From the NCBI GenBank assembly GCA_965222155.1, contig CBDCTH010000012.1:1408001-1472000 (forward strand): a stretch of DNA of 64,000 nucleotides, in the 5' to 3' direction. The notes beneath the pieces are model-generated. The model saw nothing but the letters and a program-made list of their open reading frames with translations, was not told the origin of the DNA and made no database searches. Made by a program: the position numbers and the translations under genes. This stretch comes from Gammaproteobacteria bacterium (GTDB lineage Bacteria; Pseudomonadota; Gammaproteobacteria; Eutrophobiales; Eutrophobiaceae). Within the stretch, counting starts at the first letter, position 1; every line of letters begins with the position of its first letter. Shown here piece by piece: positions 31,793 through 41,576 of this stretch.

Positions 31793-33169
31793 ATGATCAC
31801 CATGAAAAATATTTTTCCAGTCATCGTATGCATCTTTTTGTTTGCCTCACAAGGTATCAGCACAGCCCGGGAGGCAACTTTTACCACTTCAGATGATACC
31901 CGGCGCGTACCTGTCCCACCGCATGACTATTCGGACGACCCGGTGCTCGTATTACAGGGCGGAACCCTCATCGACGGAACCGGAGTTCAGCCTGCAACCG
32001 AGGCCGTTGTGGCGTTGCAGGGCGACCGGATAATTTATGCCGGCGGCTCGGCAGGATTCGATCCCGCTGCAGGTGATAGCCAGGTTATCGATACGTCAGG
32101 TTTATATATCGTGCCCGGACTGATTGATCTGCATATCCATTTCACCCAACAGCGCGGCATGGACTTCACCCGCTACCGCAACTCGGATGCGGCTGCGGCC
32201 ATCCGCGGGGTAAAGTTGCTGGGGCAATTGGCTGATGCCGGAATTACCGCAGTACGAGACGTGGGTACGTCCAATGATGTTGCGCTGCGGATCAAGGAAG
32301 CTGTCGAACGGCGTATGGTCGACGGACCGCGCGTGTTATGGAGCGGCAAACTCATTGCTTCCAGAAGCGGGCATGCAGATGAAATTACATCAACCGCGAC
32401 GGGCAGACCGAAAAGTATGGCGCCTTCCACCCGGGTTCGCGTAGCAAATGGCCCCTGGGACTGGAGGCTGGCCATCCGGGAACAAATTCGCATGCATGCG
32501 GACTGGATCAAGCTGACTGCGCCGTACACCCGGGAAGAGATAACTGCCGCGGTCGACGAGGCCCATATGCATAATATCCCTGTCGCAGTCGACTCCTTCG
32601 GGAAATACACGGAATGGGCATCCGACGCGGGAGTCGACACGATAGAACATCCCCTGAATATGACGGAACAGACGATTGCCGTCATGGCGCGCAACAAGAC
32701 GGACTTTGTGCCGACACTGACTGCATTCTACAATGTGGAGAAAACCGGTTATCCTTCGGCGGGGATACCCTCCGGCGGGTTTTTCTATACTTTTTCGCGA
32801 CGTTATCCCGTTAGCCACGCACAGCATCTTCAGATGGTTGGGCTCGCGCATAAGGCAGGGGTCCGCATCGGGGTCGGTTCGGATATTCCGTTTGAAAATG
32901 ACGTGCGCTATCCCCAGGACTATTACGTGGAACTCGATCTCCTGAAAGACGCCGGTCTGTCTGATGAGGATGTATTTGCCTCGGCGACGCGTGTCGGTGC
33001 GGAAATACTGAATATGGGAGATAAACTGGGCACACTGGAAGCCGGGAAACTGGCGGATATACTCGTGGTTGGCGCTAATCCTCTGGCGGACATCCGGAAT
33101 ATTCAGGATGTAAAGTTAGTCATTGCCGACGGCAGAGTGATACGTGATTTTATCGATGGAAAAGAATGA
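31793..33169 (+). CDS. Exported amidohydrolase (metal-dependent hydrolase A type)
   Basis: Signal peptide; PGLIDLHIH, DWIK, TIEH, GSD, GKLADILV. Confidence 0.88.
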   Translation: MITMKNIFPVIVCIFLFASQGISTAREATFTTSDDTRRVPVPPHDYSDDPVLVLQGGTLIDGTGVQPATEAVVALQGDRIIYAGGSAGFDPAAGDSQVIDTSGLYIVPGLIDLHIHFTQQRGMDFTRYRNSDAAAAIRGVKLLGQLADAGITAVRDVGTSNDVALRIKEAVERRMVDGPRVLWSGKLIASRSGHADEITSTATGRPKSMAPSTRVRVANGPWDWRLAIREQIRMHADWIKLTAPYTREEITAAVDEAHMHNIPVAVDSFGKYTEWASDAGVDTIEHPLNMTEQTIAVMARNKTDFVPTLTAFYNVEKTGYPSAGIPSGGFFYTFSRRYPVSHAQHLQMVGLAHKAGVRIGVGSDIPFENDVRYPQDYYVELDLLKDAGLSDEDVFASATRVGAEILNMGDKLGTLEAGKLADILVVGANPLADIRNIQDVKLVIADGRVIRDFIDGKE

Positions 33170-33651
33170 ATCGGATTATCAGGTTTACGGAGCCACGCTC
33201 AGGACTATCGGCCAGGTGTGTTCTCCTGGACGATAAAGCGCCGCGTTCGGCTGAGTTTTTATGGCAACTGGCGCAGATCCAACCGACTTACGATGCAATC
33301 CATGCCATGTGGACAGGACCGGAACTCTCCTGTCCGTTACCCGCCTCAATACTGCCGGAGCATTTCGCACAAATTGACATGCCGTTGGAAAATGCCAGTT
33401 CCTACCCCCGGGCAGGGGAAATCGTTCTCGCTTATGTCAAATCGGGGAGTATAAAAGGATTGCCGCCAGGCCCGTTTTTTGACCTGGGCATATTTTATGG
33501 AGACGGGGGTCGCTTGTTATTCCCATTCGGTTGGTTGATGGCCAATATCTGTGCCGAGATTGTTCCGGAGGACCTGGCCGGTACGCAATCCTCAATTAAG
33601 CAGATCCGTAACAATGGTGCCTGCAAGTTGTCGATAGAACCGCTGGACTGA
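33166..33651 (+). CDS. DUF3830 (cyclophilin-like fold) family protein
   Basis: LLDDKAPRS, HAMWTGPE, ENASSYPRAGEI, DLGIFYG. Confidence 0.75.
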   Translation: MNRIIRFTEPRSGLSARCVLLDDKAPRSAEFLWQLAQIQPTYDAIHAMWTGPELSCPLPASILPEHFAQIDMPLENASSYPRAGEIVLAYVKSGSIKGLPPGPFFDLGIFYGDGGRLLFPFGWLMANICAEIVPEDLAGTQSSIKQIRNNGACKLSIEPLD

Positions 33652-33654
33652 GCA

Positions 33655-34971
33655 ATGGACGCTGTTGAGGTTGAAGAGAGTACGCTCTGGAGCGAAATCA
33701 CACAAACTGCGCCGGGCTTTGACCCGTTGACCGGAATTCACGAAGCAGAACTTGTAGTCGTGGGTGGGGGGGTTGCCGGATTATCGCTTGCGTATCATTT
33801 GGCTGAATCAGGTATGGTTCCTACGGTGCTTGAGGCGGCTACGCCGGGCAGCGATGCTGCCGGAAAAAGCGCCGGCATCATCGCATCCCTGTCTGTCCGT
33901 CACAGTCCGTATGAAATCCTGCAAAAATACGGTGAAGATAAAGGTAGACGTCTTGTAAACATGGTTGGTGAGTCCGGGAGATACGTATTTTCGCTAATCG
34001 ACAGGTTAGGACTTGATTGCGCTCCGCAACAAACGGGCTTCCTGGCCCCGGCCAGAACCGCACAGGAGCTTGAACGAGTCAATAAAACAGCTTCAGAATG
34101 GCGTTCGTCAGGCTATGGGATTGAAACGCTCGATAAGGAACAAACTCGCCATCTATCCGGGTTGGATACCTATCTGGGGGCACTTCTGGACCCGTCCGGA
34201 GGCGCAGTAAACCCCCTTGCCTACGTCCGGGAATTGGCGCGTGCAGCAACGGGGCAGGGCGCCCGGGTATTTGTTAACAGTCCGGTGATTCAGATACATA
34301 AAAATGGCAACGGATGGTGCCTGGAAACAGCCAATGGTCGGGTTAACACGGAAAAAGTCGTATTCTGCGCCGGGGGAGGTAACCGTAATCTGTCTACAGG
34401 CCTTGCCAACACAGTTTTGCCGTTCAAGGTGTATCAGATGGCAACCGAACCATTGGATGCAAATACCAGGAAGAATATCCTGCCTGAAAACCACGCAATG
34501 ACCGATGTGAGTTCGAATATTTTCTCACTGCGCTACGATAAGGATGGACGGTTAATCACGGCCTGCCCGGCATTTATTTTTAAAAACACCCGGCGCCGTA
34601 TCACCGGTTACGTCGAAAAACGGTTAAGGAACTTTTCACCTGTGCTGGATTCGGTGCGCATCCAGTATCTCTGGAGGGGGACAACATGGATTGGAAAATC
34701 CTTGTTGCCCAGGTTCACGGAGCTTTCAGAAGGGTTGTTTGCCGTTCAGGCCTGTAATGGCAGGGGGTTGGCAATCAATACGATTCTTGGACGCGAAGCC
34801 GCAGGATATATCAAGCAAGGACACGCTGAAAATTTAAATTTATTGATTGAAAAACCGGATGCAATTCGTCATCACGGGTTGATGTCTCATTTGCCGGCAA
34901 TACTTATTAACAGTGCCAGGTTTCGCTCCCAAATGATGCACACATTCACCGGGCTGCACCGCTACAACTGA
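33655..34971 (+). CDS. FAD-dependent oxidoreductase (DAO / PuuB-like family)
   Basis: VVGGGVAGLS, GAVNPLAY, CNGRGLA. Confidence 0.85.
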   Translation: MDAVEVEESTLWSEITQTAPGFDPLTGIHEAELVVVGGGVAGLSLAYHLAESGMVPTVLEAATPGSDAAGKSAGIIASLSVRHSPYEILQKYGEDKGRRLVNMVGESGRYVFSLIDRLGLDCAPQQTGFLAPARTAQELERVNKTASEWRSSGYGIETLDKEQTRHLSGLDTYLGALLDPSGGAVNPLAYVRELARAATGQGARVFVNSPVIQIHKNGNGWCLETANGRVNTEKVVFCAGGGNRNLSTGLANTVLPFKVYQMATEPLDANTRKNILPENHAMTDVSSNIFSLRYDKDGRLITACPAFIFKNTRRRITGYVEKRLRNFSPVLDSVRIQYLWRGTTWIGKSLLPRFTELSEGLFAVQACNGRGLAINTILGREAAGYIKQGHAENLNLLIEKPDAIRHHGLMSHLPAILINSARFRSQMMHTFTGLHRYN

Positions 34972-35103
34972 ATACATGGCAATAAATAGGAAGCCTGACT
35001 ACACTTCTATGAATAACACGACAGCGAACCACTCGACAGCCTGCCGGAATGCAATTTTCCAGCAGCAAGCCCAGGGTATGGCTCGTCAATTCCGGAGAAC
35101 ATC

Positions 35104-36795
35104 ATGAAAAATATATACAAGTATTACCTGCCTGTTTTATTTGTCTTTGCCGTTATTTGCAGCGGATGTGCCGAACAGGGGGCGGATTTAATTATTCACA
35201 ATGGGAAAATCGTCACGGTTGACAAGGATTTCTCCATTGCTGAAGCCGCAGCAGTCAAGGATGGGAAGTTCATGCAGGTGGGAACGGAAAGTTCGGTTCT
35301 CGAGAGCGCAGGCCCGGATACGATGGTGGTGGACCTTGGAGGCAAGACGGTGCTTCCCGGGTTCAATGATACCCATAGCCATATGACAACCATGGGGATC
35401 AACCTGCCGACGATGATTGACCTGACTGAAATTACTTCGATCGACGATATAAAACAGGCGGTTGCCGAACGCGTGAAAGTGACGGAAAAGGGCGAATGGA
35501 TTTTCAGTGAGGGTGGCTGGTGGCAGTTCATGCTGGAAGATGGACGCCTGCCAAATCGGTATGATCTTGACGAGGTCTCGCCCGACAATCCGGTGACGTT
35601 GAAAGGCGGTCATTATGTCATTGCCAACAGTATGGCCCTGGAACGGGTAGGTTTTGACAGGGACAGCGAGAATCCGGCCGGGGGAGAAATATGGAAGGAT
35701 GACAAGGGTGAACCGACCGGATTTCTTGTACGCAATGCCATGTACCCGTTACTGGATCATTTTCAGACACCGGGCAGGGATATGCAACTTGATGGTATCC
35801 GGCAAGCGATCAGGCGGGTAAACAGTTGGGGGATGACGAGTTTGAGAGAACCCGGCGGCACCCGGGAACAGGTCGATATGCTGCGCAGCCTGTATGAAAA
35901 CGGGGAACTTACCGTCAGGGTCGACTGGTGCTACGACATAGATCCCAATACCCCGGCGGATAATATCGATACCATGTTTGAAGCCCTTGGCGACCCCGGA
36001 GAACAATGGGGAGACGGCATGTTCAGGGCTGACGGTCTGGCAGAAATGATGCTGGACGGCGCTGAGGAATCAGCGCAGATTCGCACGGAATATATAGGTC
36101 GCCCCGGTTACTACGGACTGCGGCTCATTGAACAGAATCAACTGAACAGGATTGTACTGTCAGCCGCACGGCACGGATGGCGCCCGGGCCCCCATGCCGT
36201 CGGTGGTGCGTCTATCGATCAACTCCTGGATGCATATGAATATGTTAACGGCCAGATCAACATTCTGGACCGGCGCTGGATAGTTGACCATGGCATCCTG
36301 TTACAACCGGATCACTACGAACGCGTCAAAAAGCTCGGACTGATTGTGCTTCCCCAACCTAGACACCTGTATATCATAGGCGACAAATTCATTGAGCACT
36401 GGGGTGAAGATCTGGCTCACATGTCTTATCGGCTCAGGGACTGGATAGACAATGGCATAAAACTTTCACTTGGCGCGGACAAGCCGGTGTCCTCCCGTTC
36501 AAAACCAATAATGCAGATTTACGTCGCCGTTACAAGAGGAACAGGGTGGGGCGGGGTACTAGGTCCGGACCAGGGTCTGACCCGGGAAGAGGCCATCCGC
36601 GGTATTACGCTGGATTCGGCCTACACCAGCTTCGAGGAAGATATCAAAGGTTCTATCGAGCCGGGCAAGTATGCGGACTTTGTCGTACTGTCGGACGATA
36701 TCCTCACCGTGCCGGCCGAGAACATCAAGGATATTGAAGTCGAAGCAACCGTGCTGGCTGGGAAGGTCGTATACGGTTCATATCCGGCAAACTGA
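35104..36795 (+). CDS. YtcJ-like amidohydrolase 3 family protein, probable lipoprotein
   Basis: Lipobox-like CSGC; PGFNDTHSH, HAVG, GSIEPGKYADFVVL. Confidence 0.88.
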   Translation: MKNIYKYYLPVLFVFAVICSGCAEQGADLIIHNGKIVTVDKDFSIAEAAAVKDGKFMQVGTESSVLESAGPDTMVVDLGGKTVLPGFNDTHSHMTTMGINLPTMIDLTEITSIDDIKQAVAERVKVTEKGEWIFSEGGWWQFMLEDGRLPNRYDLDEVSPDNPVTLKGGHYVIANSMALERVGFDRDSENPAGGEIWKDDKGEPTGFLVRNAMYPLLDHFQTPGRDMQLDGIRQAIRRVNSWGMTSLREPGGTREQVDMLRSLYENGELTVRVDWCYDIDPNTPADNIDTMFEALGDPGEQWGDGMFRADGLAEMMLDGAEESAQIRTEYIGRPGYYGLRLIEQNQLNRIVLSAARHGWRPGPHAVGGASIDQLLDAYEYVNGQINILDRRWIVDHGILLQPDHYERVKKLGLIVLPQPRHLYIIGDKFIEHWGEDLAHMSYRLRDWIDNGIKLSLGADKPVSSRSKPIMQIYVAVTRGTGWGGVLGPDQGLTREEAIRGITLDSAYTSFEEDIKGSIEPGKYADFVVLSDDILTVPAENIKDIEVEATVLAGKVVYGSYPAN

Positions 36796-36861
36796 CGATA
36801 AATCCTATATATAACGGCAGGCTATAAGAAGCTGGCTGCTGATACCTGACGACGGGAGGTT

Positions 36862-38133
36862 ATGATAATGATTTTCCAATTTCTTCAGAAGTTACCCCTG
36901 ACAGCCGGAAAAACTGCATTGCTGCTGTTTTGCTGTAACGCGGTTGCAGCACCTTATTGGATTACGGGAGGTACTTTGATTGACGGCACCGGGGCCGAAC
37001 CGAGACCTAACCCCGGCATTTACATCAATGAAGGTACGATAGCCGCACTGGGTAAACCCGACTCCTTGCCGACGGATACAAAGACAATCAATGCCGAGGG
37101 AAAATGGGTATTGCCGGGTCTGTACGATCTGCATGCGCACATTACCTTCAAACTGGCCGGCGCCCGGGACCTGGAAGACGATGTGGTCAATGCCCTGCGT
37201 TCGGAGCGTTTCCTGGAACGTTACCAGGAAATCGGCGTGACGGTGATACGAGACGTGGCATCCCGCTATCACGTCGGCTATTCGCTGAAGCGGGCGCAGC
37301 GGGACGGCCTTATCGGGGGCGCCAGGTTGTATATATCAGGTCCGTTGATTACCACTACGGGTGGGCATGCCACGGAGTTTCAACCGTTAATACCGCCGAT
37401 ATGGGCGGTGGAGGCCGACGGCCCCTGGGAATTCCGCAAACGGGTACGCGAGGCGGTAAAGCTGGGCGCCGACCTGATCAAGACGACGACCCCGTATACG
37501 CTGGAAGAACTCAGCGCGGCGGCAGAGGAAGCCCATTACTGGAAGATACGCATCACCGCGCACCTGGGCGGCGCCCAGGACCCGCATCATACTTCCGGTC
37601 GGATAGCCGTCGATGCAGGTGTTGACAGTGTCGAGCACCTGTATCCGTTCGGTGATGATGACGTGTTCCGGGATATGGTGAAAAACAATATCAACCTGGT
37701 CCCGACCATCGGTTATCACCTGCGTGAACTGGAGGGTCAATACACCTATGACCCGGACTGGCTGGAGAAGCACCTGGGCCATACCTATGAAGGCATGATT
37801 GAGCGGTTTAAGAGAATGCATGAACTGGGGGTGAAGTTTGCCATCGGCACGGATTCCAACGCGAAAGACCTGCCGACCATGGACAAGCTGTATCTTCAGG
37901 AGCTCGAGGGTTTCACTCTGGGCGGCTTGACACATATGAAAATCATACAGGGAGCCACCTTGATTGGTGCGGAAACGATGGGACTGGAAGCGGAGGCCGG
38001 CAGCATTGAGGCAGGAAAATGGGGTGATGTGATACTTCTTAATGCGGACCCGCTTGAAAGCCTCAGCGCGCTGGTAGAACCCAGCCTGGTAATGCAGAAC
38101 GGAGAGATTGTTTTCAAGAGGAATACAGAATAG
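36862..38133 (+). CDS. Exported amidohydrolase (tandem copy 1)
   Basis: Signal peptide; PGLYDLHAH, TGGH, GADLIK, SVEH, GTD. Confidence 0.88.
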   Translation: MIMIFQFLQKLPLTAGKTALLLFCCNAVAAPYWITGGTLIDGTGAEPRPNPGIYINEGTIAALGKPDSLPTDTKTINAEGKWVLPGLYDLHAHITFKLAGARDLEDDVVNALRSERFLERYQEIGVTVIRDVASRYHVGYSLKRAQRDGLIGGARLYISGPLITTTGGHATEFQPLIPPIWAVEADGPWEFRKRVREAVKLGADLIKTTTPYTLEELSAAAEEAHYWKIRITAHLGGAQDPHHTSGRIAVDAGVDSVEHLYPFGDDDVFRDMVKNNINLVPTIGYHLRELEGQYTYDPDWLEKHLGHTYEGMIERFKRMHELGVKFAIGTDSNAKDLPTMDKLYLQELEGFTLGGLTHMKIIQGATLIGAETMGLEAEAGSIEAGKWGDVILLNADPLESLSALVEPSLVMQNGEIVFKRNTE

Positions 38134-39380
38134 TGAATTACGGAAAGATACTGCTGTTACTGTCAAGTCTGATTTGTCTGGAGGCAGGCGCCGCATCCTA
38201 TTGGATAACCGGAGGCACCCTGGTTGACGGCACAGGGGCAGCGCCGAGACCCAACCCCGGTATTTTCATCGATGAAGGCACGATAGTTGCCCTGGAGAAA
38301 CCTGGCTCTTTGCCGAAGGATACAAAAGAAATCAATGCAAACGGGAAATGGGTTCTGCCGGGTATGTTCGATTTGCATGCGCATATTACTTTCAAACTGG
38401 CCGGCGCCCGTGACCTGGAAGATGATGTCATCAATGCCCTGCGTTCGGAACGCTTCCTGGAACGCTACCAGGAAATCGGCGTGACGGTGATACGGGATGT
38501 GGCTTCCCGCTATCACGTCGGGTATTCGCTGAAACGGGCGCAGCGGGACGGGCTTATAGGGGGCGCCCGGTTGTATGTCTCAGGACCCTTGATTACCACA
38601 ACTGGGGGACATGCCACGGAATTCCAACCGTTACAGCCGCCGATATTTGCGGTGGAGGCCGACGGACCATGGGAGTTCCGCAAGCGCGTGCGTGAGGCGG
38701 CGAAGCTGGGTGCAGACTTTATCAAGGTAACGACCCCGTACACAATAGAAGAACTCGGCGCGGCGACAGAGGAAGCGCATAACTGGAAGATGCGCATCAC
38801 TGCGCACATAGGCGGGGCGCAGGATTTGCATCAGGTATCCGGACCAATAGCCATTGCTGCCGGTGTTGACAGCGTCGAGCATCTTTATTCATTCGGCGGG
38901 GACGATGTACTGCGGGAAATGGTGAGAAAGAATATTTATTCCATCCCCACCATCGGTTATCACCTGCGCCAACTGGATAACCAGTATACCTATAAGGCGG
39001 ACTGGCTTGAGAAGAACCTGAACCACACCTATGCAAGCATGGTTGAGCGCTTCAAGAGAATGCATGAAATTGGGGTCAAGTTTGCCGTCGGCACCGATTC
39101 CAACGCAAAGGATCTGCCGGTAATCGATGATATTTACCTGCAGGATCTCGAAGGTTTTACATTAGCAGGTCTTACCAATATGGAAATCATACAGGCGGCC
39201 ACTTTGAATGCCGCGGAGGCGATGGGCTTGGACTCAGAGGCTGGAAGCATCGAAGCCGGTAAATGGGCTGATTTGATATTCCTTGATGAAGACCCGCTTA
39301 CGAATCTCGAAACATTGGTAAAACCGGGTTTGGTGATACAAAACGGCAATATTGTTTTCGAGAGAAATTCAGGATGGTAA
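38133..39380 (+). CDS. Exported amidohydrolase (tandem copy 2)
   Basis: GTG start overlapping the previous stop; same motifs, long stretches identical to copy 1. Confidence 0.88.
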   Translation: MNYGKILLLLSSLICLEAGAASYWITGGTLVDGTGAAPRPNPGIFIDEGTIVALEKPGSLPKDTKEINANGKWVLPGMFDLHAHITFKLAGARDLEDDVINALRSERFLERYQEIGVTVIRDVASRYHVGYSLKRAQRDGLIGGARLYVSGPLITTTGGHATEFQPLQPPIFAVEADGPWEFRKRVREAAKLGADFIKVTTPYTIEELGAATEEAHNWKMRITAHIGGAQDLHQVSGPIAIAAGVDSVEHLYSFGGDDVLREMVRKNIYSIPTIGYHLRQLDNQYTYKADWLEKNLNHTYASMVERFKRMHEIGVKFAVGTDSNAKDLPVIDDIYLQDLEGFTLAGLTNMEIIQAATLNAAEAMGLDSEAGSIEAGKWADLIFLDEDPLTNLETLVKPGLVIQNGNIVFERNSGW

Positions 39381-39450
39381 ATCGATAGTATCGGACGCTT
39401 GCAAGCTATCGTAATTAACTGAATTTTTACATCATAATACCGCAAAGGTA

Positions 39451-39540
39451 TGCCCGACATCGGCGAGTTTCGGCGGCGCTATCCTGCGCAGTGTACCCGG
39501 CGTCGGGGACGGCATGACCGTCACCCTTGCCAAGGGAACT
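39451..39540 (+). pseudogene. Possible IS110-family transposase fragment
   Basis: Translates CPT...AILRSVPGVGDGMTVTLA, resembling the LxSIPGVGxxTAxxL helix-hairpin-helix motif of IS110/IS116/IS902 transposases; only about 30 codons. Confidence 0.35.
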
Positions 39541-39542
39541 TC

Positions 39543-39626
39543 GATATTTGGGGTTAGAGTAAAAATACAGTCAGTCTGGCAAGTGATAGTGGCTTGTTGA
39601 GTATTTTTACTCTGACCCAAAATATC
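39543..39626. repeat. REP-like inverted doublet, GGGGTCAGAGTAAA family (copy 1)
   Basis: GATATTTGGGGTTAGAGTAAAAATAC ... GTATTTTTACTCTGACCCAAAATATC (24/26 inverted match); same arms at 62440-62524. Confidence 0.85.
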
Positions 39627-39724
39627 ACCCTAAATATCTTTTCTTATGAATAATTTATTAATTTCACTATTTTTCATAGGAATAATTATTTAGTTTTGCT
39701 GTTTTTACCTGTAAACTCAGATTC

Positions 39725-41092
39725 ATGACGTCCATAATTCGTAATATCACCCAGGATCTCATCGCATGGAAACAGGCGTCCTTACGCAAACCGCTTGTAC
39801 TCAGGGGAGCCAGGCAAACGGGCAAGTCATACGCGCTGATGGAATTTGGCAAACAGCATTTCCCGGCCTGCCATGTCCTTAACTTCCAGGAGGACCCTGG
39901 ACTTGACACCTTATTCCAGGGCTCCTTGTCGCCAACCGGTATTATCCAATCACTGGAGTTTTTCCTTGAAACTGACATCAATACACAAACCGACCTGGTT
40001 ATATTCGACGAAATACAGGATTGTCCCCGCGCCCTCACGAGCATCAAGTATTTTTGTGAGAAAATGCCCGAATTGGCCCTTTGCTGCGCCGGTTCGTTGC
40101 TGGGACTTGTGCACTCGGAAGATTCTTTCCCTGTCGGCAAGGCTACCTTTCTGGACCTTTATCCCTTGTCGTTTATGGAGTTTTTAGGGGCTATCGACGA
40201 AACAAGAATGCTCACCTTTTTACAAAATATCGATCAAGACACCCGGATACCCGAGCTTATCCACGCAAGCCTTCTGGACCTGTTGAAAGAATACTTTATT
40301 GTTGGTGGTCTGCCGGAAGTAGTAGATGTTTACCGGCGCAACCGTGAATATCGCAGAGCAGCATTTGAACAGGCGCGCGCCTGCCAACAGGACCTGTTGG
40401 ATGCTTATGTACGGGACTTTGCCAAGTACGCCGACTCCGTAAGGGCGGATCGAATCCTGGCTGTGTTTTCAGCAATACCGGCGCAACTTGCCAAAGAAAA
40501 CAAAAAGTTTATGCCCTCGGGGGTAATAGCCGCTGGGAGCTACTCGGCCCTGCAAAGCGCCATTGACTGGCTGGCTGGCGCCGGCTTGGTAATCAAGACG
40601 CCCATTGCCAATTCGGGGGAGCTGCCTTTTTCAACTTTTACCCGGGAAAACCGATTCAAGCTGTACATTTTCGATACCGGATTGCTGGGCGCCCTGGCCC
40701 GGCTTTCTCCCGGCGCGCTTTATCTGGAAGCTGACCTGTTTGCAACGTTTAAAGGCGCGTTTTGCGAGAACTTCATCGCCCAGGAATTACGGCAATCCGT
40801 CGCTAAAACACTTTATTGCTGGATGAACAATACAGCGGAGGTTGAGTTCATGCTGGAGATAGACGGCCAGGTTCTGCCGATTGAAGTGAAGGCAGGCAAA
40901 TCCGGCAAATTAAAAAGCCTCAATGTCTTTGCACAAAAGTATGCTCCACCCTACCGGACCCGCTTCAGCGCCCGGAACCTTGAAATCAATGACGAAGCGG
41001 CCATGCACAGCTATCCATTGTATCTGAGCGGACGTTTTCCTCTCCAACCACCACTTGGCCCGAGGTGTCAACCTAAGCCTCAGTCTTTTTGA
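39725..41092 (+). CDS. AAA-family ATPase with DUF4143 (PD-(D/E)XK-like) C-terminus
   Basis: Walker A GARQTGKS, Walker B FDEIQ, GGLPEVV, KLYIFDTG, EVEF...PIEVK. Confidence 0.9.
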   Translation: MTSIIRNITQDLIAWKQASLRKPLVLRGARQTGKSYALMEFGKQHFPACHVLNFQEDPGLDTLFQGSLSPTGIIQSLEFFLETDINTQTDLVIFDEIQDCPRALTSIKYFCEKMPELALCCAGSLLGLVHSEDSFPVGKATFLDLYPLSFMEFLGAIDETRMLTFLQNIDQDTRIPELIHASLLDLLKEYFIVGGLPEVVDVYRRNREYRRAAFEQARACQQDLLDAYVRDFAKYADSVRADRILAVFSAIPAQLAKENKKFMPSGVIAAGSYSALQSAIDWLAGAGLVIKTPIANSGELPFSTFTRENRFKLYIFDTGLLGALARLSPGALYLEADLFATFKGAFCENFIAQELRQSVAKTLYCWMNNTAEVEFMLEIDGQVLPIEVKAGKSGKLKSLNVFAQKYAPPYRTRFSARNLEINDEAAMHSYPLYLSGRFPLQPPLGPRCQPKPQSF

Positions 41093-41096
41093 CCAT
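41058..41096 (-). pseudogene. PIN-domain (VapC) toxin remnant
   Basis: ATG overlapping the antitoxin end reads MVKKTEA*VDTSG; VDTS matches the first PIN motif, preceded by an in-frame TAG; the rest is missing. Confidence 0.55.
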
Positions 41097-41304
41097 AAAC
41101 TATATCGTCTATCCGCTGGCTCGATTCAGGTTCGCCCGTTTCAACCATGCCCGCATAGCGCATCCAGGGTTTTGTTTCATCCACAGAAAGTGTTGTCCGC
41201 AAAGAGCGTCGCAGCAGTTCTGCGAGAGAGATTCCCAATCTTTGGGCCTCCTTTTTTGCAGCTGCATATTCGCTTTCTGTAAGACTGATTTGAGTTCTGA
41301 CCAT
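41080..41304 (-). CDS. Ribbon-helix-helix (CopG-like) antitoxin
   Basis: MVRTQISLT...AQRLGISLAELLRR RHH pattern and acidic tail SQRIDDIVYG. Confidence 0.8.
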   Translation of the reverse strand: MVRTQISLTESEYAAAKKEAQRLGISLAELLRRSLRTTLSVDETKPWMRYAGMVETGEPESSQRIDDIVYGQKD

Positions 41305-41308
41305 AATG

Positions 41309-41342
41309 ATAACAATATATTAGGTATTGTTATTACTTGCAA
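41309..41342 (-). promoter_or_regulatory. Antitoxin promoter with operator inverted repeat
   Basis: ATAACAATA-N7-TATTGTTAT (41309-41333); minus-strand TTGCAA-N17-TATATT ending about 10 bp before the ATG (near-leaderless). Confidence 0.5.
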
Positions 41343-41362
41343 CTTTAACTATCAGGAATGTT

Positions 41363-41568
41363 CAGGGCAAACGCATACTTTTGAATTCAGATGTTTTTGC
41401 CCGATTCCGTCATTCTGGCGCAGGCCAGAATCCAGTGAATAACCCTTCATTACCCTGAGCATGCGCTGTTGTTTGACTGGATGCTGGCATTCGCCAGCAT
41501 GACGGGCGGTGTTTTCCGGTTGGTTTCCTGTCGTCTGCAACAGAATCCAAAAGTATGCGGTTGCCCTG
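41363..41568. mobile_element. 206-bp MITE (family A) with 26-bp terminal inverted repeats and 10-bp target-site duplication
   Basis: CAGGGCAAACGCATACTTTTGAATTC ... GAATCCAAAAGTATGCGGTTGCCCTG (24/26); CAGGAATGTT duplicated at 41353-41362 and 41569-41578. Confidence 0.9.
41407..41505. repeat. REP-like hairpin doublet (dRS3-like) nested in MITE A
   Basis: CCGTCATTCTGGCGCAGGCCAGAATCCAGT (41407-41436) and inverted ACTGGATGCTGGCATTCGCCAGCATGACGG (41476-41505). Confidence 0.85.
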
Positions 41569-41576
41569 CAGGAATG

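Noticed and set aside
39400-39720. Second dif-like site delimiting an IMEX
   Set aside because: AT-rich, but no recognisable XerC or XerD arm.
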